Shown: positions 37,323-46,330 of the stretch, one piece after another
How the letters are laid out: each line of letters opens with the position of its first letter
Numbering within the stretch: the stretch's first letter is position 1
Assembly: GCA_007375725.1 (NCBI GenBank)
Contig: VMEV01000006.1
Coordinates: 6,929 to 70,928 of the forward strand
Origin: Parcubacteria group bacterium Greene0416_36
Lineage (GTDB): Bacteria; Patescibacteriota; Patescibacteriia; VMEV01
Reading direction: 5' to 3'
DNA length: 64,000 nucleotides
Translations under genes and position numbers: made by a program
Notes under the pieces: model-generated
The model's input: the letters and a program-made list of their open reading frames with translations, nothing else
What the model was told of the DNA's origin: nothing
Database searches by the model: none

Positions 37323-38369
37323 TTATTTCCTCCCAATCTCCGTGATCAACTGTCCGCATGCCCCTGCGATGTCGTCGCCCATGGTCTTACGGACCGTGAC
37401 GGGGATGTCGGCGGATTCGAGGCGGTCGACCATTTTTTGGATGCGAACAGGCTCGGAGCGGCGGAAAGGGGAGTCGGTGAAGTTGTAGGGGATGAGGTTC
37501 ACACGGACACGACCGACGGACTGGACGAAGCGGAGGAGTTTCTCGATGTCGGCATCGCGGTCATTGTGGCCGGAGAGGAGGACGTATTCGAAGGTGAGAT
37601 GATGACTGCGGTTGCCGAGAATTTCGAGGTATCGGCGACCCCAGTCTTGGAGCTTATTTAGAAATTCTGTTCCTCCGGACGGCACGATTTCTCCGCGCAC
37701 ATCTTTGTCCGCGCTATGAAGAGAGACGGCGAGGCGGACATGGGGCCAGGTCGTGTCCGCGAGGAGCTTCTCGAGCGGGGCCATGAGTCCCACGGTCGAA
37801 ACCGTGATTTTGGTCTCGCCCAGATCCGTGTATTCGAGCCATGTTTTGATGGCAGACTTCACATTTTCGTAATTGGCCATGGGTTCGCCCATGCCCATGA
37901 ACACGACATTGCTGATTCTCTGGGGAAGAGCCGGATGTTCTCTTAGAAATTTTACCCAAAATCGATATTGATCCACAATTTCATCCTCCGATAGATTTCG
38001 GGAAAGCCCCATTTTCCCGGTGGCGCAAAAAGTGCATTTCATGGCGCATCCGATCTGCGAAGAAACACAGATAGTCCATTGATCTCGGGCGTTTTCCATG
38101 AGCACGCTCTCAATCAGGTGGCCGTCGAAGGTGCAAAGCGCCGCCTTATAAGTGTCTTTTTTCTTGCTTTCCATCACCTTTTTGCAGTCGAGGGATATCC
38201 ATGGGATTTTATCAGCTACCACCGCTCGGATCGGCGCCGGCAGTACCGTCACATCCTTCCACCCTCCATAAGCAACATTAAAAACCGCATCCTCCAATTG
38301 TTTGGCGCGGAAGGGTTTTTCGGTGGGGAAGAGGGAGGCGAATTGTTCGGCGCGGGTTGATGGGGTCAT
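37323..38369 (-). CDS. rlmN: 23S rRNA/tRNA (adenine-C2)-methyltransferase, radical SAM (RlmN/Cfr family)
   Basis: CVSSQIGCAMKCTFCATG radical-SAM CxxxCxxC and MGMGEP..N motif. Confidence 0.85.
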   Translation of the reverse strand: MTPSTRAEQFASLFPTEKPFRAKQLEDAVFNVAYGGWKDVTVLPAPIRAVVADKIPWISLDCKKVMESKKKDTYKAALCTFDGHLIESVLMENARDQWTICVSSQIGCAMKCTFCATGKMGLSRNLSEDEIVDQYRFWVKFLREHPALPQRISNVVFMGMGEPMANYENVKSAIKTWLEYTDLGETKITVSTVGLMAPLEKLLADTTWPHVRLAVSLHSADKDVRGEIVPSGGTEFLNKLQDWGRRYLEILGNRSHHLTFEYVLLSGHNDRDADIEKLLRFVQSVGRVRVNLIPYNFTDSPFRRSEPVRIQKMVDRLESADIPVTVRKTMGDDIAGACGQLITEIGRK

Positions 38370-38611
38370 AATGATTCGAATATTTCAATATAATAGGGAA
38401 AATCGTACCCAAAAACAAGCCACTCTTAAATTTGACAATAGTCTTAATAATATGGTATATAGACTTCAGTTATTTCGACCGTCTAAACTATAGATAAAAC
38501 AGTTATAAATCCCGCATAAGTGCCATATAGAAATAGAATAAAAAAGGCTATTTTTGGGGAAATTATGCGTGGAATTTAACTGGTTTATCTATAAATAAGA
38601 AAGATAGAAAA

Positions 38612-38935
38612 ATGAAAAATTGGAAGACAACTGAAAAAAAAGCGTTCTTGAAAAAAATACAGACATTCGCAGAAAAAGCCCTATCCCAAGCTACGAAAGA
38701 GATGAGCTTCGAGGAGGCAATGAAGGCTTTGGAAAGCGGTGAGAAAAAAAAGGAGCAGACTTTTCTTGACTTGTTTTCTGCTTCTGCCGTAAACAAAATC
38801 TCCCCTCCCACAAAACCCGAGGACTCGGAATTTCTCCAAGTGGTCGGTAAAGATTTCTTGGTTCCCGCATGCGATGGCAAGGCAACGATCATCGGATCGA
38901 GCGGGGTGTTCCATTACATTGATCCCAATTTTTGA
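38612..38935 (+). CDS. Small hypothetical protein, paralog A (inverted duplicate)
   Basis: MKNWKTTEKKAFLKKIQ...PACDGKATIIGSSGVFHYIDPNF. 60-70% identical to the convergent gene 38889-39257. Confidence 0.5.
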   Translation: MKNWKTTEKKAFLKKIQTFAEKALSQATKEMSFEEAMKALESGEKKKEQTFLDLFSASAVNKISPPTKPEDSEFLQVVGKDFLVPACDGKATIIGSSGVFHYIDPNF

Positions 38936-39257
38936 AATTGGGATCAATATATGAGAAAAACCCGTTCGATCCGGCAATGGTTGCTTTGCCATCGCATGCG
39001 GGGATGACAAGATCTTTTTGGATCACTCGAAGGAATTCTGAATTCTGGGGTTTTGGGGGAGGGACATTTGTCGAGCTTGTTTTTATGGTAGAAAACAAGT
39101 CAAACAAAACCTGTTCCATTTTTCTCTCGCCATTCTCCAAAGCCCCCATTGCCTCATCAAAACTGATCTCTTTCGTGGCTTGAGATACGACTTTTTTTGT
39201 AAGTTTTTCTATTTTTTTCAAGAACATTTTTTTTTGAGCAGTTTTCCAATTTTTCAT
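38889..39257 (-). CDS. Small hypothetical protein, paralog B (inverted duplicate)
   Basis: MKNWKTAQKKMFLKKIE...PACDGKATIAGSNGFFSYIDPNF.. 3' end overlaps paralog A across the palindrome at 38918-38948. Confidence 0.5.
   Translation of the reverse strand: MKNWKTAQKKMFLKKIEKLTKKVVSQATKEISFDEAMGALENGERKMEQVLFDLFSTIKTSSTNVPPPKPQNSEFLRVIQKDLVIPACDGKATIAGSNGFFSYIDPNFKNWDQCNGTPRSIR
38918..38948. repeat. Perfect 13-bp inverted repeat (attgatcccaatt / aattgggatcaat, 5-nt spacer) at the junction of the two inverted paralogs
   Basis: Each arm encodes the IDPNF C-terminus of one paralog. Confidence 0.85.
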
Positions 39258-39434
39258 TTTTGATCCTTTTTTTATTGCTTTTAACCAAAATCAGCCACAA
39301 ACAATATGGCAGAAATAATTTTGATTTTTTAAAAATGAAGCAGAGTATATTTACCACACTATTGCATATATTGTCAAGAATAAATTATAAATAAAGCCAA
39401 TCTTAGTATTTTTCTGTAAAATTCCAATAAAATG

Positions 39435-39463
39435 TTGACGAAATTTCGATTTCACCCTAGTAT
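39435..39463 (+). promoter_or_regulatory. Sigma70-like promoter TTGACG-17-TAGTAT, followed by a ~190-nt structured leader (candidate L10 leader) upstream of rplJ
   Basis: Consensus -35/-10 hexamers with 17-bp spacing. Leader 39464-39649 is GC-structured, as expected for L10(L12)4 autoregulation. Confidence 0.55.
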
Positions 39464-39649
39464 TTGCTCATACCGTAGACAGCAGGCTTGGTGCGCCGAA
39501 ACCCGAAAGGGTGAAGGCGACGAGTACCATATAAGTCCTGCCGAGGCATATTCATATCATTTTCGCATAATTGCGGGGAGAAATATGGATTTACCCCATT
39601 TTTTAAAAGTCGATTACGGTATGGTTATAAACCATATTTTTTTATTTCT

Positions 39650-40192
39650 ATGGCAAAAAGTAAACAAGCCAAAGCCCAAACCATGGAAACTTTAGTGACG
39701 GGATTTGCCAATTCCAAATCCGCGATTTTCGCTAATTTCATGGGACTCAAAGTCAAGGACATGATCAAATTGCGACGTACTTGCCGCAAGGAGAATGTTC
39801 AGTGCTTGGTTCTCAAAAAGAGCCTACTTCGAAAGAGTCTGGCTGATGCCAAACTGCATCCTGATTTCGACACCTCGGTTATTTCAAAAGGAGTTGCCGT
39901 ATTTTTGGGTGCGGATGAGGTAGGACCGGCCAAAATCATCAAGGAATTCGCCAAGGATCATCCCGTGGTCGAATTCTACGGCGGAGTGCTCAATGATCCC
40001 AATATGGCCGACAAAATGTTGTCCATTGAGGCGGTCAAAGCCTTGGCTTCCATCCCCAGCCGAGCCGAACTCTATGGCAAACTGGTCGGGACGCTCAATG
40101 CGCCGATGTCCGGTTTCGTCAATGTTCTCTCGGGCAATTTGCGCGGACTGGTCAATACGCTCAAGGCGGTAGCGGATAAGAAGACGGCTTAA
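39650..40192 (+). CDS. rplJ: 50S ribosomal protein L10
   Basis: AKSKQAKAQTMETLVTGFANSKSAIFANFMGLKVKDMIKLRR.. matches L10. Confidence 0.85.
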   Translation: MAKSKQAKAQTMETLVTGFANSKSAIFANFMGLKVKDMIKLRRTCRKENVQCLVLKKSLLRKSLADAKLHPDFDTSVISKGVAVFLGADEVGPAKIIKEFAKDHPVVEFYGGVLNDPNMADKMLSIEAVKALASIPSRAELYGKLVGTLNAPMSGFVNVLSGNLRGLVNTLKAVADKKTA

Positions 40193-40200
40193 ATTCGAAA

Positions 40201-40283
40201 CAAATCCCACCCCAACCCTCCCTTTGACAAGGGAGGGAGCAGCAGCCTCCCCCTTGTCAAAGGGGGACTGAGGGGGATTTGTT
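40201..40283. repeat. REP/MITE-like element family R1, copy 5 (between rplJ and rplL)
   Basis: caaatcccaccccaaccctccctttgacaagggagggagcagcagcctcccccttgtcaaagggggactgagggggatttgttg. Confidence 0.85.
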
Positions 40284-40325
40284 GTTATCATTCAACATCA
40301 CTTATAAATTTTTAATTTAAATTTT

Positions 40326-40724
40326 ATGGAAGAGAAAAAAGAAGTCGTAGTTCCCGAGAAGTTTAAATCTTTCGTGGAAACTGTAGAAAAAATGTCCGTT
40401 TTGGACTTGTCTGAATTGGTCAAAATTTTGGAAGAGAAGTTTGGCGTGTCTGCCGCTGCTCCCATGATGATGGCCGGCGCCGCTCCTGTAGCCGCTGCCG
40501 CCGCTGAAGAGAAGACCTCCTTCAATGTCGAGCTCACTGAATCCGGAGCCAATAAGATCAATGTGATCAAAGCCGTCCGAGAAGCCACGGGTCTTGGCCT
40601 CAAAGAAGCCAAGGACATGGTTGACGCCGCTCCCAAGATGATCAAAGAAGGCGTGAACAAAGAAGACGCCGAGAAGATGAAGAAAGCTTTCGAAGCCGCT
40701 GGGGCGAAGGTAACTCTCAAATAA
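40326..40724 (+). CDS. rplL: 50S ribosomal protein L7/L12
   Basis: C-terminal ...[54 protein letters not shown]. Confidence 0.9.
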   Translation: MEEKKEVVVPEKFKSFVETVEKMSVLDLSELVKILEEKFGVSAAAPMMMAGAAPVAAAAAEEKTSFNVELTESGANKINVIKAVREATGLGLKEAKDMVDAAPKMIKEGVNKEDAEKMKKAFEAAGAKVTLK

Positions 40725-40794
40725 TAGCCAGATTTGCTACTAAAACACACTGGATTTATACCTAGTGTGTTTTAGTTTTATGCGAATCAGGCTA

Positions 40795-40885
40795 TTATAA
40801 TTAAAAATTCAAAATTAAAAATTAATAATGTGACAGCCGGTTGCTTCATTTTTAATTTTTAATTTTTAATTATTAATTGTTGTAT
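40795..40885. repeat. AT-rich ~90-bp palindrome built from AATTAAAAATTAA units
   Basis: aattaaaaattcaaaattaaaaattaataatg...cattttt aatttttaatttttaattattaatt. The related motif aattaaaaattaagaatgaa recurs at about 23045, 36205 and 43380. Confidence 0.6.
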
Positions 40886-41669
40886 GTCTACCACCTCTTG
40901 GTCCGAAGTCTCCGAATGGTATGATCAACTGCTCGAAGAAGACCCAAACTCATTTCAAAAAAAAGTGATACTGCCGAATTTAGAGAGGCTCACGGCGTGC
41001 AAAGCGGGGGACTCGGTGCTGGATCTCGCTTGCGGGCAGGGATTTTTTTCGTTCGCGCTTTCGGCTTCGGGCGCGAAATTCACGGGCATTGATTTGGGCG
41101 AGAATCTGATCGCCAAAGCCAACCAAAAACGGAAAACATTTCCCAAAAAGGAACTGGTGTCTTTTGCCGTGGGGAATGCCGAGGCTCTCCCTGAACTCAA
41201 GAACCAGTCCTTTAATAAAATTATTATCATTCTCGCCATCCAGAATATCGAAAAAGCGCATCAGGTCTTCGCTGAATGTGCGAGAGTCCTCCAGCCTGGA
41301 GGGAAGATGTGGCTTGTGATGAATCATCCCTCTTTTCGAGTGCCGCAGGGCTCGGACTGGGGTTTTGACGAAGCAAAAAAGCAGTATTATCGGAAGGTTG
41401 ACACCTACATGTCTGAGTCCAAAATCAAAATCGACATGACCCCAGGCAGCAAAATCAATAAGCAGTTCACGCTTACTTTTCATCGTCCTCTTCAATATTA
41501 CTTCAAGCTTTTGGGAAAGGCCGGGTTCAATATTACTCGCTTGGAAGAATGGATTTCCCACAAATCTCGCCAGCAAGATTCTAAGCACGAGGCTTGGGAG
41601 AAGGCGAGGCATGAGATTCCGATGTTTATGTGTTTGGAGGCGGCTAAGGGTGTGGTTGAAATTAAATAA
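40884..41669 (+). CDS. Class I SAM-dependent methyltransferase
   Basis: VLDLACGQGFFS (motif I) and type-11 methyltransferase layout. Confidence 0.75.
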   Translation: MSTTSWSEVSEWYDQLLEEDPNSFQKKVILPNLERLTACKAGDSVLDLACGQGFFSFALSASGAKFTGIDLGENLIAKANQKRKTFPKKELVSFAVGNAEALPELKNQSFNKIIIILAIQNIEKAHQVFAECARVLQPGGKMWLVMNHPSFRVPQGSDWGFDEAKKQYYRKVDTYMSESKIKIDMTPGSKINKQFTLTFHRPLQYYFKLLGKAGFNITRLEEWISHKSRQQDSKHEAWEKARHEIPMFMCLEAAKGVVEIK

Positions 41670-41707
41670 AAAATCCATCAGTTATTTTGACCAATGGAAT
41701 TTGCTAG

Positions 41708-41757
41708 CAACAAACCCATCCCCCGACCCCTTCCCTTAACAAGGAAGGGGGGAAACA
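41708..41757. repeat. REP/MITE-like element family R1, half copy (single hairpin)
   Basis: caacaaacccatcccccgaccccttcccttaacaaggaaggggggaaacatcc. Confidence 0.6.
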
Positions 41758-41772
41758 TCCATTGCTTTATTA

Positions 41773-42177
41773 TTACCTGATCCAAGTCAAAGCCTTTTTC
41801 CAGAGATCTCCACAGTAGGATAATTCCATCATTTCTTCGTCATCAATGCCATAGTGCCGGAGGGTATTATAGAGATGATCAGACAGTCGTTCATAGAGGA
41901 TGTATGGCGACGAAGATTGGGAAGATTCGTGATTTGAAACAATAAATTCCTTTTGCCGGAATAAATTGATCAAATCATAGATCCAGGGTGAACTTCCAAG
42001 GAACGAATAAATATCTTTTTTTTTCCACCCGTATTCCCATAAACTGTGATACAAATAATCCGCTTTGCCTTCTCGTCTTGCCCGTCGAGTCCAATTTTTT
42101 GCCATTTTTGTTTTCCATTTCGAATAAAAAAACCGGATATTTATATTTAAATTAGGGGGAATGGGGGGAAATTGCAA
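41773..42177 (-). CDS. Hypothetical protein (134 aa)
   Basis: Basic, Trp/Tyr-rich. No recognisable domain. Confidence 0.35.
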   Translation of the reverse strand: MQFPPIPPNLNINIRFFYSKWKTKMAKNWTRRARREGKADYLYHSLWEYGWKKKDIYSFLGSSPWIYDLINLFRQKEFIVSNHESSQSSSPYILYERLSDHLYNTLRHYGIDDEEMMELSYCGDLWKKALTWIR

Positions 42178-43365
42178 GATATTATGAAATCAAAATCTCA
42201 AATTCACTCCCCCCTTATCGCCTGGTTCGCCCTCCACCAGCGCGTTTTGCCGTGGCGCGAAATCCGCACTCCTTACCGCTCTTGGATTTCCGAAATCATG
42301 CTTCAACAGACGCAGGTGGACACGGTGGTGCCTTATTTTTTGCGTTGGATGGAGAAGTATCCAGATGTGGAAACATTGTCGAGGGCTTCGGAAGAGGAAA
42401 TAGTGAAGATGTGGGAGGGGCTGGGATATTATTCGCGCGCGAAAAATATTCTAAGAAGCGCCAAAATGATTATGGAACGATGGGGCGGACGGTTTCCGGA
42501 AAATTATGACGATATATTGTCCCTGCCCGGAATAGGGGAGTATACCGCGGGCGCGATTCTGTCGATTGCCATGAAAAAGCCCTATCCGATTGTGGACGGC
42601 AATGTCATGCGCGTGTATTCACGTCTTCTCCGAGACGACACGGACATTTCTTCGACGGCTGGCAAAAAGCATTTCTGGAAAATTGCCGAAAAATACCTGG
42701 ATCGCGAAAAACCCCATTTGTACAATGAGGCTCTTATGGAATTAGGCGCCTTGGTCTGCACTCCGGCCAATCCCAAATGCGCCGTGTGTCCGTGGCACGA
42801 TATTTGCGTAGCTCGCCGTGACAAAAAACAGTCCCTGTATCCCGTCAAAAATAAAAAAAACGACTGTCAAAAACTGAATAAAATTGCGTGGATTATTAGA
42901 AAAGAGGATTTAAAAAAAGGATCCATGATTTGGATTCAAAAAACGCCTATGGGTCAGGCGAGGGGAGGGCTGTGGGAATTCCCGACGGAGGATGTAACGG
43001 GTCAGAGCACGGTTCGTAACCCCGATGCGCCTCGGGGCGGGTTTAAAACCCGCCCCTACCGAGGAGATGCCACATACCTCTGCCGTGTCCAGCATTCCTA
43101 CACGAAATATCGGGTGACCCTGGACGCGTATTGCGTTGAAATTCCAATGGATGGGTCTGATGGTGTAGCGGCGCAGCGCGCTGTGCCCCTACAGGCTTGC
43201 ATAGATAAACAAAACGGCAAATGGGTCGTTTTGGATGAGCTAAAAAACTACACCTTTTCTTCTGGCGCCCGAAAAGTGCTAAAGTACTTACAGAGAATAA
43301 ATCCCTCCCCAACCCTCCCTTTGACAAGGGAGGGAGCTGTTTCCCCCTTGTCAAAGGGGGACTAA
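42172..43365 (+). CDS. mutY: A/G-specific adenine DNA glycosylase MutY (with C-terminal NUDIX-like domain)
   Basis: HhH-GPD region, 4Fe-4S C-x6-C-x2-C-x5-C (CTPANPKCAVCPWHDIC). Contains an in-frame P1 palindrome (43165-43194). 3' end runs into an R1 element. Confidence 0.85.
   Translation: MQDIMKSKSQIHSPLIAWFALHQRVLPWREIRTPYRSWISEIMLQQTQVDTVVPYFLRWMEKYPDVETLSRASEEEIVKMWEGLGYYSRAKNILRSAKMIMERWGGRFPENYDDILSLPGIGEYTAGAILSIAMKKPYPIVDGNVMRVYSRLLRDDTDISSTAGKKHFWKIAEKYLDREKPHLYNEALMELGALVCTPANPKCAVCPWHDICVARRDKKQSLYPVKNKKNDCQKLNKIAWIIRKEDLKKGSMIWIQKTPMGQARGGLWEFPTEDVTGQSTVRNPDAPRGGFKTRPYRGDATYLCRVQHSYTKYRVTLDAYCVEIPMDGSDGVAAQRAVPLQACIDKQNGKWVVLDELKNYTFSSGARKVLKYLQRINPSPTLPLTREGAVSPLSKGD
43165..43194. 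repeat. GC-rich palindrome family P1 (GTAGGGGCACAGCGCGCTGTGCCCCTACA), degenerate copy inside mutY
   Basis: gtagcggcgcagcgcgctgtgcccctacag, read in-frame as VAAQRAVPLQ. Confidence 0.7.
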
Positions 43366-43376
43366 GGGGGATTTGT
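43299..43376. repeat. REP/MITE-like element family R1, copy 6
   Basis: aaatccctccccaaccctccctttgacaagggagggagctgtttcccccttgtcaaagggggactaagggggatttgttg. Confidence 0.85.
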
Positions 43377-43407
43377 TGTTTCATTTTTAATTCTTAATTA
43401 TTTATCT

Positions 43408-43617
43408 ATGCAGAATATTAATTACGATTTGATCAAAGTCCTTCACATGAATCAGCGCCTCTCCTGGTTCATCGAGCATCACGCTCTCCCTGACGCCAAT
43501 ACCGCCAAATGTCACAGTGTCCCCGCGCTCGAAAAAATGCTCGCGGATCTCAAAGGCCACGAAAAGGCCATTTCCGCGGAAATCGGCATGAGAGTGGGGG
43601 CGAAGGTGTGGGAGTAG
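43408..43617 (+). CDS. Small hypothetical protein (69 aa)
   Basis: Followed by a strong hairpin terminator. No family recognised. Confidence 0.35.
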   Translation: MQNINYDLIKVLHMNQRLSWFIEHHALPDANTAKCHSVPALEKMLADLKGHEKAISAEIGMRVGAKVWE

Positions 43618-43623
43618 ATCTCA

Positions 43624-43668
43624 AAATAAATATAGGGATGTAGCATGCTACATCCCTATATTTATTTT
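43624..43668. terminator. Rho-independent terminator hairpin
   Basis: aaataaatatagggatgtagcatgctacatccctatatttatttt. Same core (gggatg(c/t)agcatgctacatccc) as the hairpin at 11181. Confidence 0.7.
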
Positions 43669-43733
43669 GAGCATTTCTTTCACGAATCTCTCTAAAATGC
43701 TATATTCAGAAAATAAAAAACTCTATTTCTGCT

Positions 43734-45155
43734 ATGAAAAAATCCACCCTCATTGCCACCATCAGCCTCATCCCTCTTGATTTCGCCGCTCTTCTTGCGG
43801 CGGGAAGTGTGGCGTATTTGATTCGTTTCGCACAATTTTTCAAGGAGGCGCGTCCCATTATTTTCAATCTGCCTTTTGAGGCTTATTTGGCTTATTTACT
43901 ACCGGCAGCTGCTATCGGAGTTGGGATATTCTCACTGTTCGGCCTCTATTCCACAAAGAAAAAAAATAAGGCGGATTTTCGAATGATTTTCGCGGCTTCA
44001 TCGGTGCTTCTGACTCTCATTGTCTTTTTATTTTTCTTCTCCCGCGAATTATTTTCTTCCCGATTTATCGTGCTGGCCGGATGGATTCTGGCGATTTTTT
44101 TTGTATTTTTGGGGAGACTGGCATTCGTCTCCATACAAAAATCACTTTTCAAAAAAGGCATTGGCACACAAAAAGTCATATTATTCGGTTCCAATTCCAG
44201 CGCGCGTGATCTGGAAATGTTTATAAACGAAAACCCGGAAGAAGGCTATGAAATCATCGGAACTTTCGACAGCTACAAAAAAGACTGGGAAACTCGGCTA
44301 TCCGTTTTTATGGCTGAGCACCCGGCGGATTTGATTTTGCAAACCGATATTTCGCTCTCGAGAGAAGATTCGCTTAGACTCCTAGCCATCAGCCAACAAA
44401 CCCACACAGATTTTCAATATGTGGCGAACATGTTCGAGACTCTCGGAGGGCGCATGAATATCGATACTCTTTTCGGACTCCCTATTATTTCAATACAAAA
44501 AACCCCGCTGGAAGGGTGGGGGACGGTTTACAAGAGAATTTACGATATTATTGTTTCCCTGTTTGCCATGATTATTTTTTCGCCCATTTTTCTATTGCTG
44601 GCGGTCTTGGTGAAACTTGACTCCAAAGGCCCGATTATCTACAAAAATGAAAGGGTGGGACGAAAAGGAAACACCTTCACCACCTACAAATTCCGCACCA
44701 TGAGAATCGAATACTGCACGGGTTCGGGATACGACAAAACCGGAACCGCCCTCGAATACGAACAGGAACTGATCCGCGCGCAGAATATGCGAAAAGGCGG
44801 GATTTATAAAATCGAGGATGATCCCCGCCGGACAGGCTTGGGGAGATTTCTCGAGCGCACCAGCCTCGATGAGCTGCCTCAGTTTTTCAATGTGCTTCTC
44901 GGAAACATGAGCATAGTCGGACCCCGTCCCCACCAGCCCCGAGAAGTCGACCATTACGGCCGCATCTATCCCAAACTCTTCGACGTCAAACCCGGCATCA
45001 CGGGACTCCCTCAAATTTCCGGCCGGTCGGATCTGGATACCGAGGATGAGGTCAAACTGGATCTCTATTACATCGAAAATTGGTCTCTTTGGCAGGATAT
45101 TGCCATCTCGATCAAGACGCCATTTATAGCGGTGTTGGGGAAGCATAAGTCATAA
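43734..45155 (+). CDS. Polyprenyl-phosphate sugar phosphotransferase (WbaP/WcaJ bacterial sugar transferase family)
   Basis: N-terminal TM block. C-terminal ...SPIFLLLAVLVKLDSKGPIIYKNERVGRKG..F..YKFRTM...DELPQFFNVLLGNMSIVGPRP. Confidence 0.85.
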   Translation: MKKSTLIATISLIPLDFAALLAAGSVAYLIRFAQFFKEARPIIFNLPFEAYLAYLLPAAAIGVGIFSLFGLYSTKKKNKADFRMIFAASSVLLTLIVFLFFFSRELFSSRFIVLAGWILAIFFVFLGRLAFVSIQKSLFKKGIGTQKVILFGSNSSARDLEMFINENPEEGYEIIGTFDSYKKDWETRLSVFMAEHPADLILQTDISLSREDSLRLLAISQQTHTDFQYVANMFETLGGRMNIDTLFGLPIISIQKTPLEGWGTVYKRIYDIIVSLFAMIIFSPIFLLLAVLVKLDSKGPIIYKNERVGRKGNTFTTYKFRTMRIEYCTGSGYDKTGTALEYEQELIRAQNMRKGGIYKIEDDPRRTGLGRFLERTSLDELPQFFNVLLGNMSIVGPRPHQPREVDHYGRIYPKLFDVKPGITGLPQISGRSDLDTEDEVKLDLYYIENWSLWQDIAISIKTPFIAVLGKHKS

Positions 45156-45185
45156 AGAGGCAAAGACAGACAAAAAAAACAGCCA

Positions 45186-45303
45186 GCAACAAACCCCATC
45201 CCAGCCTTCCCCTTAACAAGGGAAGGAGTAACAGCCATACCAATGAAATAGAGGGGCTGTTCCCTCCCTTGTTAAGGGGAGGGTTAAGGAGGGGTTTGTT
45301 GCT
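45186..45303. repeat. REP/MITE-like element family R1, TTAACA variant with internal insertion
   Basis: caacaaaccccatcccagccttccccttaacaagggaagg...ctgttccctcccttgttaaggggagggttaaggaggggtttgttg. Confidence 0.75.
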
Positions 45304-45389
45304 ATCGTCTATTGTCCCTAATTGGAATAGGCGATTTTTAAATTGATTTTTAGCGAATTTTGGTGTAAATTAGGAACAAAATATTTCAT

Positions 45390-45674
45390 ATGAAGGTCGC
45401 TTTGGTCCATGATCACCTGGCTCAGGACGGGGGATCAGAACAAGTGCTGAAAGTTTTTCACGAGCTTTTCCCTGAAGCTCCGACCTTTGTTTTGGTTCAT
45501 GACCGGGCCAAGGCTTCGCCGCAATTCCTCAAAAAAGATATCCGTACTTCTTTCATTCAAGATATCCCCATGGGACTCCGAAAATACCAGTGGTTTTTGC
45601 CGCTCATGCCGCACGCAGTGGAGCGCTACGACCTCTCGGGATTTGATATCGTCCTGTCATCATCCGCAATATGA
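45390..45674 (+). pseudogene. Glycosyltransferase family 4, N-terminal fragment (split/disrupted gene)
   Basis: MKVALVHDHLAQDGGSEQVL...FDIVLSSSAI matches the GT4 N-terminal domain and stops prematurely. The next ORF continues the family after an apparent ~60-90 codon gap and frame change. Confidence 0.45.
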
Positions 45675-46330
45675 GCGCCCAGAGAGTTGACCATTTCATC
45701 GCCAATTCAGATACCGTGCGAGGCCGTATTGAAAAATATTATGATCGGGACAGTCATGTCATTTATCCGCCGGTGCAAACCGGAATTTTTCAAATTACGC
45801 CCAAAACAGACGATTATTTTTTGGCGGGAGGAAGACTGGTTTATTACAAACGCATTGATTTGGTAGTCAAAGCTTTCAATACTACTGGAATTAAGCTCAA
45901 AATTTTCGGCGATGGGCCGGAAAGGGAAAAATTAGAGAAGATGGCTAGAGGAAATATTGAATTTGTTGGGAAAGTCGATGATAGTGTCAAAGCTCAATTA
46001 TTCTCTGGCGCAAAGGCCTATATTCACCCTCAGGAAGAAGATTTTGGTATTTCTGCGGTTGAATCCATGGCCGCCGGCCGGCCGGTATTGGCTCTTGGTC
46101 AAGGCGGGGCCCTTGAAAGCGTGATCCCGGGCGTAACCGGTGAACTGTTTTATCACCAAGGCTGGGAAGAAATCGCCGATCTGTCCGTCCGATTTGACAC
46201 CCAAAAGTATAATCCGTACCGTATCCGTGAACACGCTGAAAAGTTTTCGGTAGAGAGGTTTAAGAGGGAGATAATGGAATTTGTGAATAATAAGTATCAA
46301 GAATTTAACAAAAAATATGACTCTCAGTGA
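45671..46330 (+). CDS. Glycosyltransferase family 4, C-terminal domain fragment
   Basis: VDHFIANSDTVRGRIEKYYDRDSHVIYPPV...FGISAVESMAAGRPVLALGQGGALESV. ATGA junction with the N-fragment. Confidence 0.5.
   Translation: MSAQRVDHFIANSDTVRGRIEKYYDRDSHVIYPPVQTGIFQITPKTDDYFLAGGRLVYYKRIDLVVKAFNTTGIKLKIFGDGPEREKLEKMARGNIEFVGKVDDSVKAQLFSGAKAYIHPQEEDFGISAVESMAAGRPVLALGQGGALESVIPGVTGELFYHQGWEEIADLSVRFDTQKYNPYRIREHAEKFSVERFKREIMEFVNNKYQEFNKKYDSQ

Noticed and set aside
39430-39650. Possible small RNA or riboswitch in the 220-bp region upstream of rplJ.
   Set aside because: It is more parsimoniously the ribosomal L10 autoregulatory leader plus its promoter. It is reported as a regulatory feature, not as a novel ncRNA.
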